Under the pieces are notes generated by a model, which was not told where the DNA came from, did no database searches, and was given only the letters and a program-made list of their open reading frames with translations. A DNA stretch of 64,000 nt from Lingula anatina (Eukaryota; Animalia; Brachiopoda): assembly GCA_051362555.1 (NCBI GenBank), contig CM120642.1, positions 23,250,001 through 23,314,000 on the forward strand, in the 5' to 3' direction. The position numbers were made by a program, and so were the translations under genes. Below, piece by piece: positions 39,338-52,680 of this stretch; position 1 is the stretch's first letter, and each line of letters opens with the position of its first letter.

Positions 39338-41395
39338 TCATATTACTGACGTGGATCACATTTCAACGCCCAAGTCATAAAATTGTTAAATAGCGCTGAT
39401 AACTGCAATTTCCCCTAAGTAGGTCAATTGCCTGTATAACAAGGGAAAAATCACCTACGATTATCGATTTTGTGTCTGGACGGTTTGGGGGGGGACGCAG
39501 AAAAGAAAATTACAAGATGCAAGCAAAATATTTGGGACTTTTGGAACTACTGAAAAGCAGAGTATATTGAAAACTTTCAAATGGCGAAAAACCGTTCAAC
39601 TTCTCCAGTTTTGCACCTTTAAACTATGCAGGCATCTTGGAAATATCTATATTTTGCCTGGCTGTTGCAGACCGCGTTAACTGTTTTGATGTAGAGAAAT
39701 GCGGGTTATGAACCAGCAAACTAGTGTTAAAGGAACAATGGACAGGGTTGACGGATGAAGGGGGGAGGGGTTTACTCCCATCACTTTTCTAGTCACGTCA
39801 GTCTTTAGATCTGTATGCGTGGTGGTGGTGGTGGTGGTGCCGGGGACGCCCATTATGCCGCCTGAATATATACATGTACATATGGGAATAAGTCATGGAA
39901 TTTAATATTCTAACAGCTGAAATATTTAAAACACCACGAGAAAAGGATTTTATTGAACTTTCCCTTGAATATATTCTTTATATGCTATTATATTTATGTA
40001 TTATACGGTAATTACAGCAAATGAAATGAAAAAAAGCTCCAGCAAAACTAGATAAATGTCCAGTCTTGAAGAAGAAATTCTCCACCCAACCCAAACCCCA
40101 TTCTTTGCCCCTTTCTATGAGTTTTTCTGTCATTCAAATCAAAGAGATACATTTGTAATGTTTATTTCTTTGTTAAAATAGACAGTATTCAAGAGAGCAC
40201 AACGTCCTACAGTCAAAACGATATCGACGTACCAGCAAGGAAAGCAGATGTTGTAAAGCACTGGCCAGTCATTAAGAACAAAATTATTATATCAAAGATT
40301 GGATAAAATATCGATTCCTTATACAGGGAGCAATTATTCGTTTAGATTATCTTTGAATAACACAAATTTAAAGATTATTTATTATTCAACACTTGCGTTA
40401 TAGTAACATCCTTATCGTATCTGTCAGTAGTAAAAAGATCTTTAAAGCAACGCAAATTGCTAAAACAGTGCAACACCGGCAATACTACAATATCAGCTGA
40501 TGTCGCTGACACGTTTTTTGGGCGGAAGCTGGCGATAGGAAAGGAGAATATCCTTCTCTTACTTTTACTTCTTTAGAGCATGTCTCGCGACGGGATCCAC
40601 AAGGTCATCGTTCATGTGTACCAAAATCTAGAGAAAAAATGGCCGAAAATAAGTCTGACACGAAAAATCTATAAACAAAGTCATAAAAATTGGACACAAG
40701 TAGGACTCAAACACAAAATTTACACGTCATGAAGACCATACCTCATATTTGTCTTAATTATGGGTCTCGCTGTCCACGACACCACCATGTCGCTGTGCCA
40801 ACAACTCACATTTTTGTCTTATATATTCGTCAACACCAAATACTGTATATACAATGAATTTAATGTTTATCTTCTATTGGACAGTAGGACCCTCGGTTTC
40901 AGATTGAGTGAATTATACAGTAGTGTCTGAATTTGGGGGGGGGGGATTCTGTGTTTCGTGTAAGCTGTCATGAAATGTAGGGTCCGGAAGACCCTGCGCG
41001 TATCAATTTACTGGTTTCTGAAATAACGGGTCCTGGACTCCGACATGGGGAACCTTGATACATGACTTGAACTCTGAAAGCTTCACGTTGTGCACGGTCG
41101 GCTGAGAGCATTTCATGATCATTATTCGTGCACTTATGATTTAGTTTATATTAAGCCATCTACTCACTGCCAATTAAATCGTTTCGCTAAATTTATCTAA
41201 TTTTCAATTTTATTACTGACCATTATCAACTGAGGGTCCCTCTCCGTTAGTCGACACTAGCCACCATCATCGGTATAACAAATAATTCATTGTTATCAAG
41301 TACACCACTGCATACTGTGGCGGATGTGTGTGTGGGGGGTCCTGTTCGCCCCCTTCAATGCCAAAAAATTGTAAAATATTTGTCTGCTCATTAAA

Positions 41396-41433
<38 letters not shown>

Positions 41434-41504
41434 GCACCAACAAAGCATCACTAAAAGTTCGGAAATATTTCTTCATAACGACTCTCATTCAGTAAGGCTT
41501 GTAC

Positions 41505-44010
41505 ATATAAATTGAGATGGACTGGACGAAGCATCCCTACTGTATCATGTCCATGAACATACCACTCGTTGGGCAATTCAAAATATCAAACGCGTTGCCT
41601 TGTTTTATCAAATGTGAGTGCATACCATTGAACAAAATTGAGCCTTGTTAATTTCACACATAAATTTTACATATACGAGGGTTACATCAGCTCGAAAATC
41701 TTCTTTTAAAAAACGCGTTACCGTGTTGTGTAGTTAGCCTCAAGAAAACCCTTACGAATTTGCAATGCCCTGTCAATCAGTCACGCATTTCGAATAGAAA
41801 TACAGAAAAGACGAGCTTTGGATTAAGTTTCACTATATCAGTTAGGTGTCAAGATATACAAGCTATTGTTTCATGTCCTGTCAATAAGTCATCCATTCAA
41901 TCGATGTAATACAATTTTATTTTTCGATCCTTCACAGAAAATTTTACAGAGAAACTCAACGTGTCTGGAAACAAAGTTTAGGAGAATGTCAAAGAAGGTC
42001 AAACAGGCCCGAGTTAATCATGCTTTCAGGGTTTTAAAACAAGAAAGTCATGATATAATCCAATTACTTAGTTAGACCTCTGTTGCCATTTTGGTAAATG
42101 GAGATGGGCCAGACGAAACATCCCTACTATATCATGTTTATGAACATATCACTCGTTGGGCAATTCAAAACATCAAACGTGTTACCTTGTTTTATCAAAT
42201 GTGAATACACACCTTTGAACAAGATTGAACAAGTTAATTTCAAACATACATTTAACATGTACGAGGATTACGTCAGCGCGAAAGTCTTCTTTAAAAAAAA
42301 ACGCGTTGCCGTGTGGTGTAGGTAGCCTAAAAAACCCACACGATCTTGCCATGCCCTGTCAATCAGTCACGCATTTCCCACAGAAATACAGAAAAGATGA
42401 GCCGTGGAATAATCATCACTATATCAGTTAGGGGTCAAGATACGTAAGTTATTGTTTCATGTCCTGTCAATAAGTCATCCACTCAATCGATGTAATACGA
42501 CGATTTTGTTTGTCGATCCTTCACAGAAAATTTTACAGAGAAACCCAACATGTCTGGAAACAAAGTTTAGAAGAATGTCAAAGAAGGTCAAACAGGGCCG
42601 AGTTAATCATACTTTCAGGGTTTTAAAACAAGTAAGTCATTATATAATATAATTACTTAGTTAGACCTCTATTGCCATTTTGGTAAATGGAGATGGGCCA
42701 GACGAAGCATCCCTACTATATCATGTTCATGAACATATCACTCGTTGGGCAATTCAAAACATCAAACGCGTTACCTTGTTTTATCAAATGTGAATGTACA
42801 CCATTAAACGAGATTGGGCCTTGTGAATTTCACACATACATTTTACATATACGAGGGTTACATCAGCGCGAAAATGTTCTTTTAAAAAAACGCGTTGCCG
42901 TGTTGTGTAGTTAGCCTCAAAAAACCCTTACGAATTGGCAATGCCCTGTCAATCAGTCACGCATTTCGCATAGAAATACAGAAAAGACGAGCTTTGGATT
43001 AAGTTTCACTATATCAGTTAGGGGTCAAGATACGTAAGTTATTGTTTCATGTCCTGTCAATAAGTCATCCATTCAATCGATGTAATACGACGATTTTGTT
43101 TGTCGATCCTTCACAGAAAATTTTACAGAGAAACCCAACGTGTCTGGAAACAAAGTTTAGAAGAATGTCAAAGAAGGTCAAACAGGGCCGAGTTAATCAT
43201 ACTTTCAGGGTTTTAAAACAAGTAAGTCATTATATAATATAATATAATTACTTAGTTAGACCTCTATTGCCATTTTGATGAATGGAGATGGGCCAGACGA
43301 AACATCCCTACTATATCATGTTCATGAACATATCACTCGTTGGGCAATTCTAAACATCAAACGCGTTACCTTGTTTTATCAAATGTGAATGTACACCATT
43401 AAACGAGATTGGGCCTTGTGAATTTCACACATACATTTTACATATACGAGGGTTACATCAGCGCGAAAATGTTCTTTTAAAAAAACGCGTTACCGTGTTG
43501 TGTAGTTAGCCTCAAAAAACCCTTACGAATTTGCAATGCCCTGTCAATCAGTCACGCATTTCGCATAGAAATACAGAAAAGACGAGCTTTGGATTAAGTT
43601 TCACTATATCAGTTAGGTGACAAGATATACAAGCTATTGTTTCATGTCCTGTCAATAAGTCATCCATTCAATCGATGTAATACGATTTTATTTGTCGATC
43701 CTTCACAGAAAATTTTACAGAGAAACTCAACGTGTCTGGAAACAAAGTTTAGAAGAATGTCAAAGGAGGTCAAACAGGCCCGAGTTATTCATACCTTAAG
43801 GGTTTTAAAAACAAGAAAGTCATGATATAATCCAATTACTTAGTTAGACCTCTAATCGCCATTTCAATAAATGTAGATGACCAGACGTCCATGAACATAT
43901 CACTCGTTGGGCAACTCAAAACATCAAACGCGTTACCTTGTTTTATCAAATGTGCGTGCACACCACTGAACGAAATTGAGCCTTGTTAATTTCACACATA
44001 CATTTTATGT
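41505..44010 (+). repeat. ~590-bp satellite array upstream of paralog 4 (~4.3 monomers)
   Basis: Monomer starts at ~41509, 42096, 42685, 43280, and partial at 43869. Confidence 0.95.
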
Positions 44011-44563
44011 TTCCTTTAGTAAAAACGTGACCTTTCAAGCTGTGCTTGTCACAACTGATATATCCAAGAAGGATCCCTAAAATTTGGAGGAGTAAGGCTT
44101 TTTTTTTTTTTACTTCTCCAAGCCAAAATGGTATTTCAGAGAGGTTGGAATAGAATGAATGGTGTAAACCCTTTACCTACTTTGGGCTGTACAGGGGTAG
44201 GAAAGCTACGGCAGTTATGTTAGAGTGCCTGGAATCTTCCCGATCCCGTACTTGGGTTCGTACTTGGTTCTGGTGATGGTAAGATATTACTTCTCGAAGT
44301 AAGTTTAAGAACCCGCCACAGTGGTGAACTGATCACATAGCACCTTCTTTACAAGGCAATAATTATGCTTATCAAGGGAACAGATCAGTCCAATCACAAT
44401 GCAACAAAGAGTCGGTCAGGTGAGTCCAAGGGTTACGACGAAATGGTTTTGTAATCAAACTGAGGTTTCTATTGGAGACAAAAGCAAAGCCATTGTCTTA
44501 TGATGGACAATTCTAATAGGTTCTGATAAGAACAATGGGAGGAGCATTTCAGTTGCAAATAAC

Positions 44564-44571
44564 TATTTAAA
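44564..44571 (+). promoter_or_regulatory. TATA-like box of paralog 4
   Basis: TATTTAAA conserved across paralogs. Confidence 0.6.
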
Positions 44572-44687
44572 GCGCTATGGTATTTGTAAAACGCACTGCA
44601 TTGAAAATTATTGGATTAAGTAAAACAAAGGTAAAGGAGCTTGGAGGCATCTTTATGCTTTTGAATATTTCCAAGTCGGTTGTCAAT

Positions 44688-46301
44688 ATGGATGATACAA
44701 AGATCAGTAATGTTCTATTTGTTCTCGTCATCTCAATGATGGTTTGGCAAGGCACTGTTTTGGCAGCTGTTCCAGCGAACAAAACCGTCACCAACTTAAC
44801 CTACCCACATGAGGCTACTATGACTGTCCCTTATAAAACGCCATTGGATTCAAAACGAGAACAGGTTTCCACCAGCGCATATAACAGAAGAGTTGAAGAA
44901 TATACTATAGCCACGACTCCACTGTTTACTGACCAAGATAAGTCAACTGGAGGGAAGGCTTTCCCTTGGAACGCAACAACTGCCCTCCTCACACTTCATG
45001 ATGGCATTGCACAGAATGGGGACGAAACCACATCATCACCACTGGATACAAAAGAACCAACCATTTTGTCAAACCCTTGGAACGGAACATCGTTTAATAT
45101 AACTTCATCAAAAACCTTTTGTGCGACAGGGCCCTATGGATCTGACTTTATCCAGATATTTTGCTACTGCGACGGATTTTGCAACATTTTTGAGGACTGC
45201 TGTGAGCCATACCACCCTTGCGAACATGATGAACACCTAGCGTTTTCTTACGAAATAGATATTCGACGAAATGATGTTGACTGCATAATGCATTCTCTGG
45301 ACTCCAGATCTTTGCCTGGTTCCAGCAACAATTTCTACTGGATGGTAATCTCTTGTCCAACCACATTGCTAAATGAAACAATACGAGACAGATGTGAAAA
45401 TCGCAGTGCTACCGATGACATTGAGCGCCATCTTCCCGTTTCTGACCCCGCAACAAAACTGACATTTCGAAATAGGTACTGTGCAATGTGCCACAATTTT
45501 GATAAATACGATAATTGGTCCCCTATCGTAACTTGCGACAAGTTTGTGACAAGTAGCGCAATGAATATCAATGGAATGATGCACACAGCCGATGTACTGA
45601 AGGTTGTTAGGGAGAACAGTGATTGCATACTTTATTTCGAGCCACCGGCAACTATTCCAGGAAGACGGTGTTTCCCACATGGGGAAGCCCATGGAAACAA
45701 GTGGCTTAATGAAAATGATTGTGACCAAAACGCTGACCCTACATATAGGGAACTTTGCTCTTCTGGTCCACAGTTGTTTACCAAATCAATTTCAGCAAGA
45801 GGACAAGTGTTTTACTTGAGGAACGTATTTTGTTGGAAGTGCCTGTATAGCAGCGACGAAAGACTGAGGGTTGAGCCGTGTCCTTCAAATATGGGTTTGT
45901 TTTTCTGTCTAACCCTTGTCTGATAGTATATTTGCCTGTTTGAATGATGCCAAAAATATTTTTTCATAATAAAAATAATAATATATTCTCAACCGCTACT
46001 GGAAGTGACGAAATGTTTATTATGCCAAATGGGAAGCCAAGGACTCTCCTGTAAAGTTAAAATTGGTGAAAACCCCGAATATTATTTCAGAATAGATTAC
46101 ATGTGCCAGTGAAATGTTTAACTGACATCACAACCAATCACTGTATGTAATACACCGTTTTTGTATTACGATTTTATCGTTCTTTATTTGTAGGTGCTGT
46201 AAGGTCCTTTGATCCATCTGGTTTAGGTATGCTGATTAATCCATCATCAAATACAGAGTCCTGTAGACATAAGGCTAGTCAGGTCAGTTATCACAAGCAT
46301 G

Positions 46302-46333
<32 letters not shown>

Positions 46334-46838
46334 GATAGTTTAGTACTTGGCGGGGATCATAGAACTTATAAAGAGGAGGTTATGTAGCATATATATTACA
46401 AGTAAGGTTGAAATCTCTAGCCCCATTTCTTCTGATGTTCAATTTCACTTAACACAAATTTCTGCACCTCCCTGTGTTGTGCTTACTTTATAAAAGTGGT
46501 TTATATCTCCTCAGGAACAAGCAAAAATCTAGTGGGTTTAAAATGATTTCAGGGAAAGTATGGTTATCAAAGAAACGGTTTTCAAGTTATTAAGAGAGGG
46601 GTAAATGGCGTAAAATTTTGGTTGGCTGTTCTTAATGCCTTTGTAAATATTTCCTGTGATTGGTGAAACATTAGCGCTTACGCGAGCCTTTGTAATTTTG
46701 TCCTTTACCATTCACACTTTCTATGTTATCCCGATAATGTGTTTTAATTTTTCTTGATCCATTAAACTGTGCCCTTCATTAAGGCAAATTAGAGAGAACA
46801 TTTCTTGGTTTTTTCTTCATGCAAAAAAAAAAAATAAA

Positions 46839-46869
<31 letters not shown>

Positions 46870-48320
46870 GATGCTGAAAAGTGCCCCCTCAATTAGGCAA
46901 ATAATTGAAATAACTTTTTCTTGGTCTTATTTTTGAGTAGATATGCCAAAAAAAGGGCCTTACATATTCTAGAAGTTATTAACTTTTACTGTTAGCGAGT
47001 CTTATCGTATGTTTACATCGGCACTGATAACACACGACAGTAATTATATAGCCTGATAGTTCTGCAAAATGTAAATTCAAGGAATATACATCTGCACAGT
47101 AGTAGTAGAGATAATAGTAATGTAACTGAATTTCGTGAAAGTTTATAAGGAGACATAACGCATCATTGCATTGTTTGTTTATAGTACTGTCGATCGCTAT
47201 ATGACCCATGACGATTTGATATCTACCGTTACTTAAACCTGATTCGATTGTTTCAACTCTAAATTATGCATTTTTATTGTTTAATTACATAAAACTTCAA
47301 ATATGGTTTTGAAAAACTTTAAATATTTTGGTACCTTTGTTAAGTCATTTACTCGTTCTTATATAGTATGATTCAAATCCTGTGAGATTTTTATTTACCA
47401 TGTTTTCTAATTTCAGTAATATGGTGACTTAAATCAATATCTCTGTTATTCATAAGGATCATTATGACAATTAACTTAATGATATTTAATGTTTGACAGG
47501 ACACTTATTTAGATTAAATTACAGATGGGTTCATTTAAGGGGTGAACAAGCATCGATAAATCATTGAGTAAATAGCTATTTCACTACGCCATTCCATGTT
47601 TAACTGTGAGAGTGCTTTCTCTAAAGTCCTTATCGGTTAATAACACTATATTTATAATAAGTAATGTGTATTATTCTGTTACAGGACATCTGTGCCGACG
47701 AAAGCGACCAATGCTCAACACCAATATTATCAATCTTCAATATGGATTTCCCTGTGGAACTGGCACTCAGTTCCGATGGTCCTCTTAATATTTCGCAAGT
47801 TCGTGGAGTTTGTCGGTTTTTGAGAAGCGATATTTATGAGCGTTTCACAATTTCTCCTCCACCATCCCTCTCTGCCATACTGAGTATGAGATGGAAGTTC
47901 TTGAATCCCCATTTCAGCCACTGTGCCGTACAATCAGCTAATGACAATGACGAAGAATGGCACAATTCTAGCGTTCTAGCAGTACTCACCAGTCAGGTGA
48001 GACTGAAGGAAGAGATCAAGAATTATCGAGAAGGCCTTAAAATGTTTGAATCTTTTCGAGATGAACTTGACATAGAGCTGCGTACGAATACCATGTTTAT
48101 TTCGTTTGGCAGTGTTAATTATCAAATTACTGTTCTCCGCGATGTGATAAATCCTTGCGCCAATGTGGAGAAACCTCTTGAATCCAATGTTGAAACAACG
48201 ACAAAAGATGCACATGGAAATTCCATGGTTTCTGGTGGTAATCATTTTTGTCATTGGGCATTTGCAATGTGTGCTTTTGGTGTCTTTGTGGGCATGGGCG
48301 CGTTTGCTCCAAGTGGCTGA
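44688..48320 (+). CDS. SMB-like Cys-rich cell-surface glycoprotein, paralog 4 (~643 aa; exons 44688-45894, 46194-46282, 47685-48320)
   Basis: Protein matches paralog 3 except two substitutions seen in exon 3 (LSADG>LSSDG, NDTD>NDND). Confidence 0.87.
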
Positions 48321-50534
48321 AAAATTCGCAATTAATTACGCATTGCAGATTTCGGCAGACGTGCGCTTTGTCAACGATGACCGAATCGCCTACTAGTTTG
48401 CTGTTGTTCAGCACTACATTACATGAACTTTGCAATTTGTCATCCAACTTAATATGTGTTCCCACACATGATGTTGTGGCAGAAGTAACAAAAGACTGCG
48501 CCTTTGATGTCGAACCAAAAATTAAAAAGGTGATTAAAAAGTGCACCTTTTTTAATTTAGTGCACTGAACTTTTGAGATAATTGAAATTATTGCATAAAT
48601 ATCATTGATTTTCTCCTGTCTACTTCTTGGTGGAATGTTGGTGTTTGATAATGTAGGGATTAGGAACAACCACGTGATATAATAGAACCGTAGATCTGAC
48701 AGAATCTTTACTAAGTTTCAAACAAGTTAAAAAGTTATGATGTTTATTTTTGCCTATGAAAGCACCCACTGTTGGCACAAAAAGTTACATGGATGGAATG
48801 AATTAATAAAGCATACAGTCAGAACAAATCATTTTATTCTGTCTTTTTTTGCTTTAATCTGCGATAGTTGAGCAATATTTATATAATTTAATACCGAGAT
48901 ACTTTAGAAATATGTGCATTAGTTCCTTAATGAGGAAAGAGGGGACTTCCATGTCTGAAAAATAATCAATAATATAAATAATGATTATGACAAGTGAGAT
49001 CTTTTGAATATACTATTTGAAGAACTTCCGTGATTATCAGAATTGAAACACTTTCCTTCAGAATCGATTCAAATTTATATTGCTTCAGATGTAGGGTTGA
49101 AGGTCCGATTAATCGAGGATCGCTAAACTTTGCAGTCTGTACCGTTTAATTTTTGTCATAATTTATAAAGAATTGAAATATGCAGACATCAAGATGATAA
49201 TACACAATAATATGTTCACCCTCACATTAAATGTGCTACGTAATAAATGCACATGTATGCCATTCTAAATCGCTATGTTATGAACAAAATTTCATCAATT
49301 TCATCAATTTCATCAAATCTTTTATTACTGTTTGATTATTACTGGGGGGGGGGGGGGGGGGAGGAACGCAGAAAAGAAAATTACAAGATGCCAGCAAAAT
49401 ATTTGAGACTCTTGGAACTACTGAAAAGCAGAGTATATTGAAAGCTTTTTAAATGGCGAAAAACCGTTCAACTTCTCCAGTTTTGCACCTTTAAACTATA
49501 CAGGCATCTTGGCAATATCTATATTTCGCCTGACTGCTGCAGACCGCGTTAATCGTTCTGATGTAGAGAAATGCGGGATATGAACCAGCAAACTAGTGTT
49601 AAAGGAAAAATGGACAGGGTTGACGTATGAAGGGGGAGGGGCTTACAGTCCCTTACTGAAGAAGAAATGCTTTATCAACGCATCTGCTGCGTACAAAAGG
49701 TGATTCGACATTAGAAATATGCTGGGCACGTAGATTTATCTTGACTTAAAATGACACTTTCGCGAGCGCTTGGTTTGGAGATAAAATCATTCGTAATCGC
49801 TGATGAGAGATAGCAAAACGGATGATTTAAATTTCCCCCAGAAAAAAAGCTATTTTTTCCTACTCATAATCCATCGTGCTACCATTCCCTGCACTTGAAT
49901 CTGATGTTTTATATCATCTTTAAATGAATAACTATAACTTACAAAATGTTTTACCGTATGTTTCAGAAGGATATATTGAAATCAGTTACACAAACACTAT
50001 TATCAGTCTAGATAACTTGGCTTCAGGAGTGCCCTAAGGATCCATATTTATTATTATCAAATATTTCACTTAGGGTCTCCGTCAACCCGGTGGATATCTT
50101 TTGGATGAAAGGCATTAATCAAAACAAAGCAGCAAAACTGCCATAAGTACAGAACTAGACAGAGGTTATTTTGTCAGTTTTAATGCAATAATACATTATG
50201 CTTAACACCAAATTTTAACCATGCGCAACAGGTTATACAGATATTAATTAAGAATATATATGTAAGTAGCAAATATGGCTTTAGGCCCATTGTTAAGTCC
50301 CAGACTTCGTCAGTTGGACTTCAAGTTAGGATAATGTCACGTTAGATAACGCGTCGGTTCTTGGGCCTTAGTGTTGTGCGCCCAGCTGATCCAATAAAAC
50401 GAACAAGATTCTCATTTGACGCAAGTAGAAATTTAATAATATCTTTGCCATCGGACCATGTGACCTCCATAGCTATAGATGGCTATACTTAGTAATAATC
50501 TCTAAAAATCTTTAGATCTCTTAAGAGATTATTA

Positions 50535-50535
<1 letters not shown>

Positions 50536-50567
<32 letters not shown>

Positions 50568-50606
50568 AATAAATAAATAAATAAAATAAATAAATAATAA
50601 TAATAA

Positions 50607-50645
<39 letters not shown>

Positions 50646-50646
50646 A
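50536..50646. repeat. poly(A) / (TAAA)n / (TAA)n low-complexity tract
   Basis: Read directly. Confidence 0.9.
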
Positions 50647-50930
50647 CACCGTAACTTTTGGTAAAAAAGATCCGATCAAGCTGATTTTCGAACTCGACCT
50701 GTAGACTACATGTATTTGAATATTTTATTTTATGGTTCTGTTAGTTTGAAGACAAAAGGTAAAATAGTTTTCTAGTAAACCGAGCGGCGGCGACCGTCGA
50801 AGCTGATGGCGTTACCCCTGTGCACAGAGACATCTTGGTCTGTACATAAAAACAGCATAACATTTAAAACTTTTTCAAAATCAAATTCAGTAAACGCCTG
50901 TCAGAGATCGCAATCCTTCCTCACATATAA

Positions 50931-50939
50931 ACCGGAAGT
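50931..50939 (+). promoter_or_regulatory. ETS-type motif ACCGGAAGT, probable promoter of the TTF1-like gene (putative non-coding exon ending at donor GTAAGT, 51078)
   Basis: Canonical ETS core, common at housekeeping promoters. Followed by a splice donor and, later, an acceptor TTTTCAG ending at 52505. Confidence 0.45.
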
Positions 50940-52680
50940 TTTCAAATGGAGCTCTTTAGGCCTTGGAGGAAAGATATATACTTGAATTTCCATGCTTCTT
51001 CCTCTCGCTGCTACGTGTTGCATATGCTTTTACTGTCCATATACAACTTTAGTGAACGGCAAGCTGTACTAAACTTAGTAAGTATAACCAAAAGTACAGT
51101 TTTTTACTGATGAATGGCACAGATTGGCTGCTTAAATAATCAAAATTTGACCAAGGAAACAAAGTTTTGTCACCTTCGCCAGAATCAAGTTTTGAATTAT
51201 CAGAATCAACTTAAACATGTACGTTATACATTGTATTTTGTTAGAATATCAACACAACTTCTTTGTAAAGCTTTAATGGCTTGATATTGAACTTAATGAA
51301 AAAAAAGGCGATACGCATATCAGTAGTTTGCTGCCTAACTGTGGGAGACCACCGATCTCCACATCGGTCGTTATCTCACTGGTAGAAAAGCAGTTGAATC
51401 TTACCTTACTCACAACTCTGTTGACTGACTGGTTAGCTTTACAAGAGTGTGTAAAATGAGAAGATGAAGGGTAAGATTTGAGAGCCCCTATTTCACGGTG
51501 GATGCACAAGCTACTGGGATGACATTTTACCATTTTTGGACCATTACTAGTATCTTTCATGTATTAGCACATCAGGGGTCCTACTGATTACCTCAAGATA
51601 TATCGATATATCAATTTGAATCAAGTTTTGAATTACCTGAATAAACCTATTTATGTACATTTTACATGATATTCTGTCAGAATATCAACAGGTGTTCTTT
51701 TTTGAGACTTAATTTCTTGATATTGAACTTATAAAAAAGATATACATGTACCGGTATCTGGGAAAAAAGCAATGAAGTAATACCACCATAACAAAAAGTA
51801 CATTGATGCCTAATTGTGAGGGGCCTCTGATCTCCCCATTAATACTCACAGGTGAATAATATGACACCACAAGCAAGTAAAAAAAAAAAAAAAAGCAAAC
51901 AAACTAACAAAAAAAAAAAACAACAAAAAACAGCCATGAAACCATGTGACATACTTCGAATAGATAAAAGATTTTTTGTAGAAAGTAAGGTGAATAAGCC
52001 TCAAAGTTGGTTGACATATGGGATTTGGAAGGATCATGCTGCCACATCTTTATATTTCCAAGTAGCAAGAAAATATTGTTTTTGTAGTATGGGAAGCATT
52101 AAATGAATTCAGAATTGGGAAACTCAGTGAAATAAGCTTGAAGAAGGGATATAAATATGTTTTTATTGTTGATTCCGGTAATTCAGAACTTGATTCCAGT
52201 AATATACCTTGATTCCGGTAATTAGTATTAGGGCACAACAGTACATATCAGAAAACATGTAGGAGTACCAATGCAATTAAATGCTACTTGGATGTACTTG
52301 TACTTGTTCATTACTGTCTATTATTATCATATATTTATTTTGAACAGTACAATTTTGTTCTACAATGACTGTGACCTTGTAGTAGATGCAGTATTCTATA
52401 ACTACAGTACCAAAACTAAAGTTACAATTTAAAAATATGTTTACACAAAGATAGTTGTCAGACAGTATTAAATTCAAGGTATATGGTATTTCTTTGTCTT
52501 TTCAGTGATGAAATAAAGAGAAGACCTATAGGACAAGATCCCAGTAAAACAAAGCTTTTTCAACTTGGTTTCTCTGATAAGTTGATCTTGAGAACATTCT
52601 TGAGACACCTTTTTTTGAGTACCATGGAACATATTCTCTAATTGAAAGTGATCAAATTCGAAAAGGAAGAAGAAAGGAAA

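Larger units (their letters stand above)
27592..39775 (+). repeat. Segmental duplication unit A (spacer + satellite array + paralog 3 + 3' flank)
   Basis: Colinear and near-identical with 39776-49646. The junction GGGGAGGGGTTTAC|TCCCATCAC occurs at 27591 and 39775; the third occurrence at 49646 runs into unique DNA. Confidence 0.85.
39776..49646 (+). repeat. Segmental duplication unit B (spacer + satellite array + paralog 4 + 3' flank)
   Basis: Near-identical to unit A (offset 10203 across exons 1-2). Shorter mainly because the array has three fewer monomers, plus small deletions. Confidence 0.85.

Noticed and set aside
29475-43825. Repeated 60-75 aa ORFs (MFHVLSISHP..., MEMGQTKHPY...) in the arrays
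   Set aside because: They recur only because the DNA repeats. Many start at TTG, are broken by frameshifts between monomers, and show no recognisable motif.
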